This document shows positions 42,522 to 55,300 of a stretch of DNA of 64,000 nt, piece after piece. The notes under the pieces are model-generated. The model did not search any database. It was not told the origin of the DNA and saw nothing but the letters and a program-made list of their open reading frames with translations. This DNA is from Dendrobates tinctorius. Its lineage: Eukaryota. A program made the translations under genes and the position numbers. How positions within the stretch are numbered: position 1 is the stretch's first letter; the number at the start of each line of letters is the position of its first letter. The stretch covers positions 51,460,001 through 51,524,000 of the forward strand of contig NW_027361703.1 of the NCBI RefSeq assembly GCF_039654945.1, given 5' to 3'.

Positions 42522-43508
42522 AGACCAAAAGTTTGGACACACCTTCCCATTCAAAGAGTTTTCTTTATTTTTATTTTATACTTCACTCTGAAGGCATCAA
42601 TACTATGAATTAACACATGTGGAATTATATAATTAACAAAAAAGTGTGAAACAACTGAAAATATGTCTTATATTATAGGTTCTTCAAAGTAGCCACCTTT
42701 TGCTTTGATTACTGCTTTTCTCGCTCTTGGCATTCTCTTGATGAGCTTCAAGAGGTAGTCACCAGAAATGGTTTTCACTTCACAGGTATGCCCTGTCTGC
42801 TGCTAGAACCCTGTGTGGCATTGACCTGGTCTCTAATCTGAGCTACTGTTAACCTGTGATTTCTGAGGCTGGTGACTCGGATGAACTTATCCTCCACAGC
42901 AGAGGTGACTCTTGGTCTTCCATTCCTGGGCCGGTCCTCATGTGAGCCAGTTTCTTTGTAGCGCTTGATGGTTTTTGCCACTGCACTTGAGGATACTTTC
43001 AAAGTTTTCCCAATTTTTCGGACTGACTGACCTTCATTTCTTAAAGTAATGATGGCCACTCGTTTTTCCTTACTTAGCTGCTTTTTTTCTTGCCATAATA
43101 CAAATTCTAACAGTCTATTCAGTAGGACTATCAGCTGTGTATCCACCAGACTTCTGCACAACACAACTGATGGTCCCAACCTCATTTATAAGGCAAGAAA
43201 TCCCATGTATTAAACCTGACAGGGCACACCTGTGAAGTGAAAACCATTTCCGGTGACTACCTCTTGAAGCTCATCAAGAGAATGCCAAGAGTGTGCAAAG
43301 CAGTAATCAAAGCAAAAGGTGGCTACTTTGAAGAACCTAGAATATAAGACATACAGTATTTTCAATTGTTTCACACTTTTTTGTTAATTATATAATACCA
43401 CATATGTTAATTCATAGTTTTGATGCCTTCAGAGTGAATCTACAATTTTCATAGTCATGAAAATAAAGAAAACCCTGAATGAAAAGGTGTGTCCAAACTT
43501 TTGGTCTG
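42521..43508 (-). mobile_element. Internally deleted Tc1 with ~280-bp TIRs
   Basis: TIRs CAGACCAAAAGTTTGGACAC... at 42521-42797 and 43218-43508; minus-strand transposase N-terminus (KQLSKEKRVAIITL...GRPRVTS); sits next to a (TA)n run. Confidence 0.85.
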
Positions 43509-43514
43509 CATATA

Positions 43515-43723
43515 TACTGCTCAAAAAAATAAAGGGAACACTGAAACAACAAAATGTAACTCCAAGTCAGTCACACTTCTGTGAAATCAACACTGATTGT
43601 GATTCAATTTCTTCTGCTGTTGTGCCAATGGAATAAACAGGTAGAAATGATAGGAAGGTCAGTAACATCCATGTGTCTGCTCAGTAAGAGTGTCTAGTGT
43701 TCCCTTTATTTTTTTGAGCAGTA
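43515..43723. mobile_element. Tc1-derived MITE
   Basis: TACTGCTCAAAAAAATAAAGGGAACACT / AGTGTTCCCTTTATTTTTTTGAGCAGTA in TA context. Confidence 0.75.
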
Positions 43724-44035
43724 TATATGTGTGTGTGTCCCTGGTCCAGTCCAGCTTCAGCTTTGAAATCTTCCAGAAAAGTCACACAGCTAGGCGTAAT
43801 TATTAGTTATTTTGAGATTTACTGTAAAGTCTATATTATTTCCCATATTAGCTTGAGCTATAACTTTAATACTAATATAGGAGACATGCTTTTGAGTAAA
43901 ATATGATTCTGATTATATATTAGCTACATAATTAGCTGTTACAGAATCAGCCACTTAATTGATTATACAGTAACTGGGCAGAAATTTGATTTTCACTCCA
44001 TATACGATCCAAAATATTTGCTAAACTACTACTAC

Positions 44036-44300
44036 TGTGGCTCAGTGGATAGCATCGCAGCGCTGAAGTCCTGGGTTCAAATCCCACCAAGGACAACATC
44101 TGCAAGGAGTCTGTATGTTCTCCTCGTATTTGCGTGGGTTTCCTCCGGGCACTCCGTTTTCCTCCCACAGTCCAAAGACATACTCATAGGGAATTTAGAT
44201 TGTGAGCCCCATCGGGGACAGTGTTGATAATGTGTGCAAACTGTGAAGCGCTGCGGAATATGTTAGCTCTATATAAAAATAAAGATTATTATTATTATTA
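44036..44300 (+). mobile_element. tRNA-derived SINE (V-SINE-like)
   Basis: A-box TGGCTCAGTGG; B-box GGTTCAAATCC; central V-like domain TGCGTGGGTTTCCTCCGGGCACTCCG..CCTCCCACA; (ATT)n tail. Confidence 0.8.
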
Positions 44301-47300
44301 CTACTATATGCTACTTCCATGTTCAGTACTGTACCATAAAAGAATGCAGAAAATACTTATGATGTACAAATCTTAAATGACCCAAGGTTTGACTAATGGA
44401 AAAAGTTAAGGCAAAGGTTTAATACCTCAGTTTTTGGGTCATTCCTGTAGTATATGTTTTTAAGGCACACCTAATTTATTAAAACTAGTATTGTGCACTC
44501 TAGTCTTAATGAAGGGCTTTCTGGAGTGCTATGTGTCAAATTCATTGAGTGTTACATGCTATTTAAAGGGAATGTGTCAGCACCTTTTTACTATGTAACA
44601 TTGCCATGAGGAAGGGACAGAGACCCTGATTCCAGCAATGTATCACTTTGTTTACAGAGTTCACACATTGCTACCTATATAACCTCAGCCACACCATAGA
44701 TTAGTAGCTTTGTGTGTGCATTGTATACTGACATAGAGCTGCTAATTAATCCTGCTGGCATAGTTGGGCTAGGAGATATGAGGTCAGTTGTCCTCTAGTT
44801 ATAATCAACTGCTGATAAAGCACCGATTGTACTGAAACAGTAAAACACAGCCCTGTAAATGATACATTGCTGGAATCAGGGTCTCTACCTTTATATCATG
44901 CTATTTTCAGATAACATAGCAAAAACCTGCCTACAGTTTTATTTTAATGAGTTTAGTGCATCTTTTCAGTGGTATAAACATGCTCCTGGATTCAATCTCT
45001 TGAGTTTCTGTTCTGAGGTCAGCTTTTTTTTCTGCCTAGCCACAGCAGACATGCCTTTTATTTGGGTGTTTGAGTTCTTCATTTCTGGCTGCAGTCTGCT
45101 TAGCTTAACACAGGTGTTTTAATTTGTGTGTCTATCACCTTTCAGGTGCAGCTTTATATTTTGTTCTCCTGATGGCGTTTTTGGATGGTGAGAGATTTAT
45201 TTAGATACTATGACATTCTATTGATGTTTTTAAGCCAGTCTATGAGATTCCAGCTAAGGGTTTTTGCTTTGCTGTTTCTTTGCTATAGTTTATCATAAGG
45301 AAATAGGTATCATATTTGTTAACAGCAGTTGCTTTTCTCTTTGTTTGGTATTTCATTATTTATTTTACTCACTCTGGGATATCTTTCCTTTGTTCGGCAC
45401 ACTTCTCTTCTTTATGTAATTCACACTCTGCCCTGCCCTCCAGTTCTTTAGGAGGAACATGAAGCAACTCTTCATTCTTTTAGGCAGAGTTGCCATCTCC
45501 TAGTCTGTCTTTAGGTCTATCTTTGCACCCAAGGGACAGCAGAGTCAGGATATCTAGACTGTACAGGAACTGACATGGTCAGTTGCAGTTTTTAGAGTAT
45601 AACCTATTTTCCTGAGTGCGTTGCTTCACAGGCACAGCTATACTAAGGGCTGTTAGGAATAGCCAGGGGGAGGCATCATCAAGTGGGGGCGCCATTGTGT
45701 TATCTTCTGGTGCCAACCTCTAGGTCAGGCAGGTACAGGTCTGGATCAGAGTAGATCTTTTAACAGTCTGAAAAGAGATCTGTCAAGTTCAGGTATTTTT
45801 TCCCCTTGATTTGTACTCTACCCGTGTGCATGTGCAGTCATAACAGGTATGTTCCTCCTTGTGTCTTGTTAGAAATCCTATTCCATTCAGGGAATGGAGT
45901 AGCAGTTTTGGCATAGAAAATCTTGTCCCTCTCCTCCAGCTCTGCCCTTTTTGGCATAGCTGCTTATAAGTGGAGTGAAACCAACTTTTCAATGCAATTT
46001 GCGCTAATATAGCTTGAAATCCTTGATGAATTAATAGCCACTTTTGACTTTTAAGACTTAAGTCTAAGGAAAAACATATCAGAGTATGGATGTAGGACAG
46101 GAGAAGTGTTAGTGACAGGAGTGAGAGGTTATTATTAGGAAGGATGGTAGCTATAGGTTTTTTTTATTGCCTAGGTAGAAAATGTAAGGTAGGTTGGAAG
46201 AGCTAAAAAACGAGATGTTAAAGGGTAATACATTGTGGACAGCTTTATGGAATATATACCCAATGTAGCTTGCTATTTAATCTTGAAAACGCAGGCACAG
46301 AATTCATGATCTTTATCCTGCTGTTTCCGGTACATTACAGTAATAGAAAGAATATATACATAGATAATATAAGAAGAAAACAAAGAATAATTACTAAGCT
46401 TTTGTGCTTGTTTTCATATAACTAAGTTAGAGATAAGGGCAGTGAGTGCTTGTCACAAATACAGTAAACTAAAGTGACATCAGAGTATTCTTAGTAACTA
46501 TCTCAAGTACTCCTGAGGATACAAGTTCACTAGGTTTCCAGATCCTGTTGTTATCTATCAGCTTTCTGATGGTTGAGCTTTATATTGTCCTCCTTTATTA
46601 ACAGTTAATGGCTATATCCGTCTTATGATATTTACATCATAAATAGAAAAAAGTCATCATTTCTGCAGAAAACTGTCATCCAAGGTTCAACATGACCATA
46701 GAAATGCATAAAACTACACCGTCATAATAAGCATTCTAGCTACTTTTGCCATCTAAAGAGATATCCAGTTCTATAAGCTTTCATCTGAAGCACAATTGCA
46801 TTAAACAAATGCAGCCGATGGCAAAGTGGGGATCAGGCGATAGACACTGTAATAGTCCCAAGGATCCTGAAAGACCCTGGCAGAAGAGAAGACAAAACAA
46901 AAAGTAATGGATCTTATAATAACTAACAGAACCCCAGGCCATAAACTAAAGCTCAGAGAATAGTATCATTAGTAAATAGTTGATTCTGCATTTTTTGGTT
47001 CTCACTTGACTGCATTTGATATTTCCCTCTATTTCTCCATACCGTAAAAAAAATATATTTTTTTCAAGCTGATTGGATTATTTTATCACCCTGACACATA
47101 TACTATTTTAGTGTTTCCTTTTCTCCATCTTGTGAAGCTCTACCTGTTTGGCTGTGCACATATGTTCATTTTGAACTACGATTTTCTATTGTTTTTACAA
47201 GTGAACGCTTATTTGAACATAGCAGAGGATACACTGCAGTGGCCGTTATCATTACTGTCAATCATCAAATCACTGCTGGACAGTTGCTGTTGTGAACATT

Positions 47301-47601
47301 AAAACAAACTGATGGATGCTTCATACAGCGATGAACACCGAGGTCCAAAACATCCAAACTAAAATCAACAGCTTCGACTAAAGAAATTACGATGAACCAT
47401 AGGGACCTGCTTTTTTTTTGTTCACCGGTTAAATAGTGAAAATGGCGTGAATGGAAATGATGCAAATGTATTTTCTGTTTTTGATACATGGCTTAAAAGC
47501 AATGCACCATCCTTAACCTTTAAATGTGATATGCTAGGTCTCACCTTCCTTGTCTTATAGCAGCAACATGAGCAGATCAATGAAAAGAAGAATTCAGTAT
47601 T

Positions 47602-47787
47602 TAACTGTCCTTTAGATCTTCATGGATTCTGAGGTGTCCATCCTTTTCTTGGGTTAATAGTCACTCAATGCATGCATTTTAATGGAGAACTATTGATTGC
47701 TAATGTTTGGCTAAAAATAATAAAAAGGGAAGTATGAGAAAGGAAGGCATCACACTGGAATACCTCTAGTTGCCACAATAATATATT
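47602..47787 (+). repeat. 186-bp direct repeat, copy 1 (copy 2 at 49381-49566), flanking the Tc1
   Basis: TAACTGTCCTTTAGATC...GCCACAATAATATATT appears identically on both sides of the element. Confidence 0.9.
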
Positions 47788-49380
47788 AGTGCCTACAAGT
47801 AGTATTCAACCCCCTGCAGATTTAGCAGGTTTACACATTCGGAATTAACTTGGCATTGTGACATTTGGACTGTAGATCAGCCTGGAAGTGTGAAATGCAC
47901 TGCAGCAAAAAAGAATGTTATTTCTTTGTTTAATTTTTTTTTAAATTGTGAAAAGTTTATTCAGAGAGTCATTTATTATTCAACCCCTCAAACCACCAGA
48001 ATTCTGTTTGGTTCCCCTAAAGTATTAAGAAGTATTTCAGGCACAAAGAACAATGAGCTTCACATGTTTGGATTAATTATCTCTTTTTCCAGCCTTTTCT
48101 GACTATTTAAGACCCTCCCCAAACTTGTGAACAGCACTCATACATGGTCAACATGGGAAAGACAAAGGAGCATTCCAAGGCCATCAGAGACAAGATCGTG
48201 GAGGGTCACAAGGCTGGCAAGGGGTACAAAACCCTTTCCAAGGAGTTGGGCCTACCTGTCTCCACTGTTGGGAGCATCATCCGGAAGTGAAAGGCTTATG
48301 GAACTACTGTTAGCCTTCCACGGCCTGGACAGCCTTTGAAAGTTTCCTCCCGTGCCGAGGCCAGGCTTGTCCGAAGAGTCAAGGCTAACCCAAGGACAAC
48401 AAGGAAGGAGCTCCAGGAAGATCTCATGGCAGTGGGGACATTGGTTTCAGTCAATACCATAAGTAACGTACTCCACCACAATGGTCTCCGTTCCAGACAA
48501 GCCCGTAATGTACCTTTACTTTCAAAGCGTCATGTCAAGGCTCATCTACAGTTTGCTCATGATCACTTGGAGGACTCTGAGACAGACTGGTTCAAGGTTC
48601 TCTGGTCTGATGAGACCAAGATCGAGATCTTTTGTGCCAACCACACACGTGACGTTTGGAGACTGGATGGCACTGCATACGACCCCAAGAATACCTTCCC
48701 TACAGTCAAGCATGGTGGTGGCAGCATCATGCTGTGGGGCTGTTTCTCAGCCAAGGGGCCTGGCCATCTGGTCCGCATCCATGGGAAGATGGATAGCACG
48801 GCCTACCTGGAGATTTTGGCCAAGAACCTCCGCTCCTCCATCAAGGATCTTAAGATGGGTCGTCATTTCATCTTCCAACAAGACAACGACCCAAAGCACA
48901 CAGCCAAGAAAACCAAGGCCTGGTTCAAGAGGGAAAAAATCAAGGTGTTGCAGTGGCCTAGTCAGTCTCCTGACCTTAACCCAATTGAAAACTTGTGGAA
49001 GGAGCTCAAGATTAAAGTCCACATGAGACACCCAAAGAACCTAGATAACTTGGAGAAGATCTGCATGGAGGAGTGGGCCAAGATAACTCCAGAGACCTGT
49101 GCCGGCCTGATCAGGTCTTATAAAAGACGATTATTAGCTGTAATTGCAAACAAGGGTTATTCCACAAAATATTAAACCTAGGGGTTGAATAATAATTGAC
49201 CCACACTTGTATGTTTAAAATTTATTAAAATTTAACTGAGCAACATAACTTTTTGGTTTGTAAGATTTATGCATCTGTTAATAAATCCTGCTCTTGTGTG
49301 AAGTTTGAAGGCTCTAACTTATTTGCATCTTATCAAACCTGCTAAATCTGCAGGGGGTTGAATACTACTTGTAGGCACTG
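47788..49380 (+). mobile_element. Near-intact Tc1/mariner transposon (IR/DR type)
   Basis: Terminal inverted repeats AGTGCCTACAAGTAGTATTCAACCCCCTGCAGATTTAGCAGGTTT; inner repeats TTATTATTCAACCCCT (~47973) and AGGGGTTGAATAATAA (~49180). Confidence 0.92.
48153..49175 (+). pseudogene. Tc1 DD34E transposase (340 codons) with a single in-frame TGA at 48288-48290
   Basis: MGKTKEHSKAIRDKIV...IIRK*KAYG runs in frame with ORF 48336-49175; WSDE, QQDND and NPIE with 34-residue spacing. Confidence 0.9.
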
Positions 49381-50253
49381 TAACTGTCCTTTAGATCTTC
49401 ATGGATTCTGAGGTGTCCATCCTTTTCTTGGGTTAATAGTCACTCAATGCATGCATTTTAATGGAGAACTATTGATTGCTAATGTTTGGCTAAAAATAAT
49501 AAAAAGGGAAGTATGAGAAAGGAAGGCATCACACTGGAATACCTCTAGTTGCCACAATAATATATTCATTGATAGCAATTTCCAATTTCATTCATCAGAT
49601 TTTTTTCCAGCGTCAAATAGTCTCAATCATTGTAGGCAATTTTGATGCACTGGTTAATAGTAGCACAAAGTACATAAATACAGGGGTGAAATGTTTGCGC
49701 TTATACCTGGCCACTGAAGCCTTAAAAGATCCAAAGGTCAATCTTCCCTATATGAGAAGACCAATTGTATAAATGATGGATCACAGTTGAGAGCCCTGAT
49801 ACAGTTTGCAATAAGGCTAAGGAGTTAGAGGTTACACCTCTGTCGAAATGAGCAAATCTTCTGAAATTCTTCTTGTATAGAATATAGATTTTGTATAGAT
49901 TCTCTCAATTTGATCTGTAGACTTATTCAGTCTCAATAAAATTGGTTTGGATCAAAGGTCTCTAAAGATCCCAAAGGAAAATAAGAGGAGAAGATGGATA
50001 GTGTGAATTGATAAAAAATCACATTATACTCTTCCACCCTAGGTTGTCACCTGTCTCTGTACACCACTGCAGCAAGTGTTCTATTCTACCTGTATTGAGT
50101 CCCATGTTGTCATGGATGTCAATGAAGCCTTGGCCCCAAAGTGACCACATGGGCATCAATGCTGGAAGATCCTGAAGATGAATGTGGCGTATTGGAGAGC
50201 TGCGGTGGCATGAGGAGTCAGGTATGTGCCTAAGTCAGGAGAGTGTTCTTCAC

Positions 50254-51097
50254 TAGAGTTGAGCGACTTTTGCTTTTTTAGGGTCGCGTTTCGTTTCGTG
50301 AAACCCGACTTTTCCAAAAGTCGGGTCGAGCAAGATCGTCCGATTATAGGGAAAAGTCGGGGTCGTCCCGAAACACGAAACCCAATGTAAGTCAATGGGG
50401 AATAAAAGTCGGCAGTGAGAGGAGGACAGGAAACACACCTACAGTGCCCATTTGAATGCCAAAAGCATCAATTCTTCTTACTTAAGCTTGTCAACCTTAA
50501 TTAACTTCATAATACAAGTTACGCACTGAAAAATGGGGGTTATTTGGCTAAATTTGTGGGGGGGGGGCTGGCTGCAGGTTTTCATGTGCCCTGGGCGAAA
50601 GAGCGCCCCTTTAACACATACCACAACTCATCATGCTACGATACGGCAGAGAAATAGCGGTATAGTACAATGAAAAATACCTCACTTTTTACATCTCATG
50701 ACGAGGCCCATCTATTTCTCCATACAAAATCATTGGTCCCATATAATGTTTGAAACAGTATATGATGAACTCCACATAATGCTACAGTATATGTTGGTCC
50801 CCATGGATGAAGCTCCACTGTCTTATGGGCCCAAATAATGCTCCAAACATAATGGGCCCCATTTCTACTGCTCTAGTGTATAATGGGCCCTGTAAATGCT
50901 GCTCCAGTGTCTGATGTCCACCTTTGGAATGTTCCAGTGTATGGTGGGCCCCATCTATCATTCTCCAGAGTATAGTGCTCCCCAAAAATTGCTGTCCCAA
51001 CATAGAAAACCATCAAATAAGTCTCCTCGCTAGGGAATCCCTGTACTTGTCTGGACAGGTGCTGTAGCTTGCTTAAGAGCTCGCCAGCCGTTCTCAC
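50254..51097 (+). mobile_element. Left end of a large hAT-type element (same TIR family as the 19784 MITE)
   Basis: Starts TAGAGTTGAGCGACTTT and shares AAGTCAATGGGGAATAAAAGTCGGCA with the MITE arm; no matching right TIR in the window. Confidence 0.65.
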
Positions 51098-51607
51098 GCC
51101 CAGTATGGATTGCACGTGATTGCACAAAGGTTAGAAAGGGTACCGTATCCCTGGATAACATGTATGGATAGCGTACACATTCAAAATATATGTCTATACA
51201 GCATGAGGCAGGCTCAGACGGTGTTAGGCCCAGTATGGATTGCACGTCATTGCACAAAGGTTAGAAGGGGTACCGTATCCCCGGATAACATGTATGGATA
51301 GCGTACACATTCAAAATATATGTCTATACAGCATGAGGCAGGCTCAGACGGTGTTAGGCCCAGTATGGATTGCACGTCATTGCACAAAGGTTAGAAGGGG
51401 TACCGTATCCCCGGATAACATGTATGGATAGTGTACACATTCAAAATATATGTCTATACAGCATGAGGCAGGCTCAGACGGTGTTAGGCCCAGTATGGAT
51501 TGCACGTCATTGCACAAAGGTTAGAAGGGGTACCGTATCCCCGGATAACATGTATGGATAGCGTACACATTCAAAATATATGTCTATACAGCATGAGGCA
51601 GGCTCAG
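51098..51607. repeat. 130-bp satellite, left block (~4 units)
   Basis: Same unit as 57663-64000; interrupted at CTCAG by the LTR element. Confidence 0.95.
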
Positions 51608-52339
51608 TGTAATGATGTATAGTAGGTTTCTATGAAGACAGTGGCTAGATGATAGAGTCACAGACACAGGTATACGTGAAAGTAGTTTGTATTAAACAAG
51701 TAGCACAGAACAGCACAGGTGCTGGCAGAGCCAGATAATGACAGCAGTGGTAACAGCAGCAGAACTCAGTCCAGTAGATAGCAAGTTGTACACCAGCACT
51801 ATGTAGATGTAAGCAGACACAGTCTGAAGAATGCAGGCAAGGACAGTCACTTAGCCCTCTCCCTTGCGGGAGGGGAGTCTTCGGGCACAGTGCAGTGGCA
51901 GAGAAAGTCACTAGGTAATTGATACTGGATGTGCAAAGGTAGCAGGGATAGTCTCTCAGGTGGAACGCACACAGCAGTCAAGATCTTCAGCGCATACCGT
52001 GAGTGCTGTAGTAGCGGTGAGCGGTGGAGGCAGGGCTGGAAGGAGCCTTCAGGCCGACCCCGTCAGAAGGTCCAGGCAGCGGCAGTTAGGCAGCAGGTAA
52101 TCCAGGTGGATTCAGCAGGAAGGAAGGAGGTAGCACAGCGTGCAACTCCCAGCTAGCAGATCAGGTACAGGACGAGATATACAAGCAAGGTAGTCACGTC
52201 CAGGAAAGCTATTTAAACCCGGCGGGCGGGACCAACAGGCGGTGATGTCACAGGAACCAGTATGGCCGAACGAAGCCAGGCTTAAGGGCAACAGTAAGGG
52301 CAAAGTCCGGAACACAGCAGAATAGGAACGATGCTTACA
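51608..52339 (-). repeat. 3' LTR
   Basis: Direct repeat of 56931-57662; by eye it differs only at 51701/57024 and 51842/57165. Confidence 0.95.
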
Positions 52340-55300
52340 TTATTCCCCCCTTAAAGAATGTCCTCCGGACAATCTTCGACCAGGCTTGTCCGGGTACCTT
52401 AGATGAAACTGCTCCAGCAGCCGCGGAGCACAGATATTCTCCACCGGTTCCCAGGAATTCTCCTCGACAGAGTATCCTTGCCACTTGACCAGATATTGCA
52501 ACTTCCTTCTGAAGATCCGTGAATCCAGAATCTTCTCCACGACATATTGTTCATGTCCATCAACGAGCACTGGAGCTGGAGGAGAGGAAGTACGCCCTGG
52601 GAAAGAATTTGGTACAACTGGCTTTAGTAGGGAAACATGGAACACCGGGTGAACCTTCCAGGCAGGGGGTAATTTCAGACGCACCGCTACCGAATTCACT
52701 AGAGCCACGATCTTGTATGGCCCTACAAACTTCTGCCCCAGCTTGACAGTCGGTGCCCTCACCCTCAGATTCTTGGTAGACAACCAGACCGTATCTCCCA
52801 CCCTATACACCGGAGCCGGCCTCCTGGTACGATCTGCTGCTCTCTTATACCTTTCCTGCGCAGTCGTCAAGGTGGTCTTCAGAGCTTCCAAATTCTGCTG
52901 TAAGAAAGAAAGATGGTCAGACACAGCAGGCACTGCAGCCTCCTTGGGGAACTGCGGCAAGATGCTTGGGTGGTAACCCTGATTAGCAAAGAACGGTGAC
53001 TGCTTAGTCGAGGAGTGCTGCGAGTTGTTATATGTGAACTCTGCCAGGGGAAGCAGATCTACCCAATCGTCCTGCAGATGACTTAAGTAGCAACGGAGGT
53101 ACTGCTCCAGGGTCTGATTCGTACGTTCCGTCTGTCCATTAGTCTGTGGATGGTAAGCCGAAGACAGACTTACTCTAATATCCAGAGCCGCGCATAAACA
53201 CCTCCAGAACCTAGACGTGAACTGCACCCCACGATCCGAGATCACCTCATCCGGGACTCCGTGCAGACGGACCACCTCTTGAATCAACAAGTCTGCAGTC
53301 TGTTTTGCTGTGGGTAATCCAGCGCAAGGGATAAAGTGTGCTGCCTTAGTGAGGCGGTCCACGACCACTAGAATGGTGTTCTTACCCTTGGAGACCGGTA
53401 GCTCAACAATAAAGTCCATTGAGATGGATCTCCAGGGACGAGATGGTATAGGCAAGGGTTGTAACAACCCGGAAGGCGACGCACGAGGCGTCTTGAACCG
53501 AGCACATACCTCGCAGGATGACACGTATCCCTCCACGTCCTTCCGGTACGAAGGCCACCAGAAGTACCGAACCAGGAACTCTTGGGTCTTCGTTATTCCA
53601 CGATGTCCCCCAATCTTAGAATCATGGATCAGTCGGAGGACTTCAAGTCTTGTCACCTCTGGTACATACAGCCGATTCTCCTGTAACCACACTCCTCCAT
53701 TGTAATTTAGGCTTACTTCGGGGGTAGGTTGCCTTAGCAACGGATCTGCTGCGTATGCTGCTTTGATCTCAGACAGAAGATCCTGATGATGGATTGCAGA
53801 GATGAAATGAGCGGGAGACACAACAGTACTAGGAGACGACTTAATCACTTCCTCAGGAGCAGCAATCCTAGATAGCGCATCTGCCTTACCATTCCGTGCC
53901 CCCGACCTGTAGGAGATGATGACGTTGAATTGGTTTAGAAACAAGCTCCAACGTGCCTGACGTGGGTTCAAACATCTTACGGACTGCATGAATTCCAGGT
54001 TTCGGTGGTCGGTAAGAACTGTAATCGGAGTTGAGGACCCCAGCAGCAAGTGTCTCCACTCCTTGAATGCCGTCACAATCGCCAGTAACTCCTTGTTCCC
54101 TACGTCATAGTTCTTCTGCGCCGGGGATAGCTTCTGAGAAAGAAAGGCACAAGGATGAAGAACTGCCTTCTCACCTCCTCTCTGTGACAACACTGCGCCG
54201 ATGGCGACATCCGATGCGTCCACCTCAAGAGTAAAGCTCAGGTCTGGGTCTGGATGTCTTAAGATGGGAGCCGACACAAATTTGTCCTTCAGCCGTGTGA
54301 ACGCCTCCTGGGCTTGCGGAGTCCACCGGAACGGTACCCCCTTCTTGGTCAGTTGGGTGATGGGAGCCACAATCTCAGAGAAGTTACGGATGAAGCGCCT
54401 ATAGAAGTTGGCGAATCCCACAAACCTCTGAACTTCCTTCACCGATCCTGGCGCTGGCCACTCCTGGATCGCTCTGGTCTTTTGATCGTCCATCTGGAGA
54501 CCCTGTGGAGAGATGACATAACCGAGGAACTGCACTGTTGCCCTGTGGAACTCGCATTTCTCCAATTTGATGTAAAGATGGTTATGCAGCAGGCGTTGCA
54601 GCACTGTCCTCACGTGGAGCCGATGTTCCTCGAGATCACTGGAAAAGATTAAAATGTCATCGAGATACACAACCATAAATACATCAAGCACATCTCGGAA
54701 AATGTCATTAACAAAATGCTGAAAGGTTGCAGGAGCATTTCGTAGTCCGAACGGCATGACCCGTGATTCGAAGTGTCCATAACGGCAGCGGAAGGCCGTC
54801 TTCCACTCATCTCCAGACCTAATTCTCACGAGATTGTAGGCTCCCCGAAGATCCAGTTTGGTGAATATCTTAGCCTGCTTCACCCTCTCCAGTAGTTCAG
54901 AGATTAAGGGTAGCGGGTGCCGATTCATGACCGTTACCTTGTTTAAATCACGGTAGTCCATGCAAGGACGCAGACCCCCGTCCTTTTTCTTCACGAAGAA
55001 GATTGGTGCACCCGCAGGAGAAGTAGACGGTCGGATGAAGCCCTTGGCGAGATTCTCGTCGATGAAGTCCTTCAAGGCCTTTAATTCAGGACCAGACAAA
55101 GGGTAAATACGCCCGAATGGGATCTCCGCCCCAGATATCAGTTCTATCGGGCAATCATAAGGCCGGTGGGGAGGTAACATATCTGCCCTCTTCTTATCAC
55201 ATACCTCTGCCAGATCCTGATACTCCATTGGTAATTGTCCCTCAGTCGTAGCTACTACCTTGGGGATAGCAGCGACCTTAGGAATAGCGGGGTTGCTGTT

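Noticed and set aside
44036-44100. tRNA gene
   Set aside because: A and B boxes are present but there is no complete cloverleaf; it continues into a SINE body and tail.
48336-49175. Functional transposase CDS
   Set aside because: The true start is 48153 and an in-frame TGA at 48288 truncates it; the listed ORF lacks the N-terminal HTH and starts at TTG.
51645-52315. Short ORFs within the LTRs
   Set aside because: Duplicated only because the LTRs are duplicated; mostly non-ATG starts and no recognisable domain.
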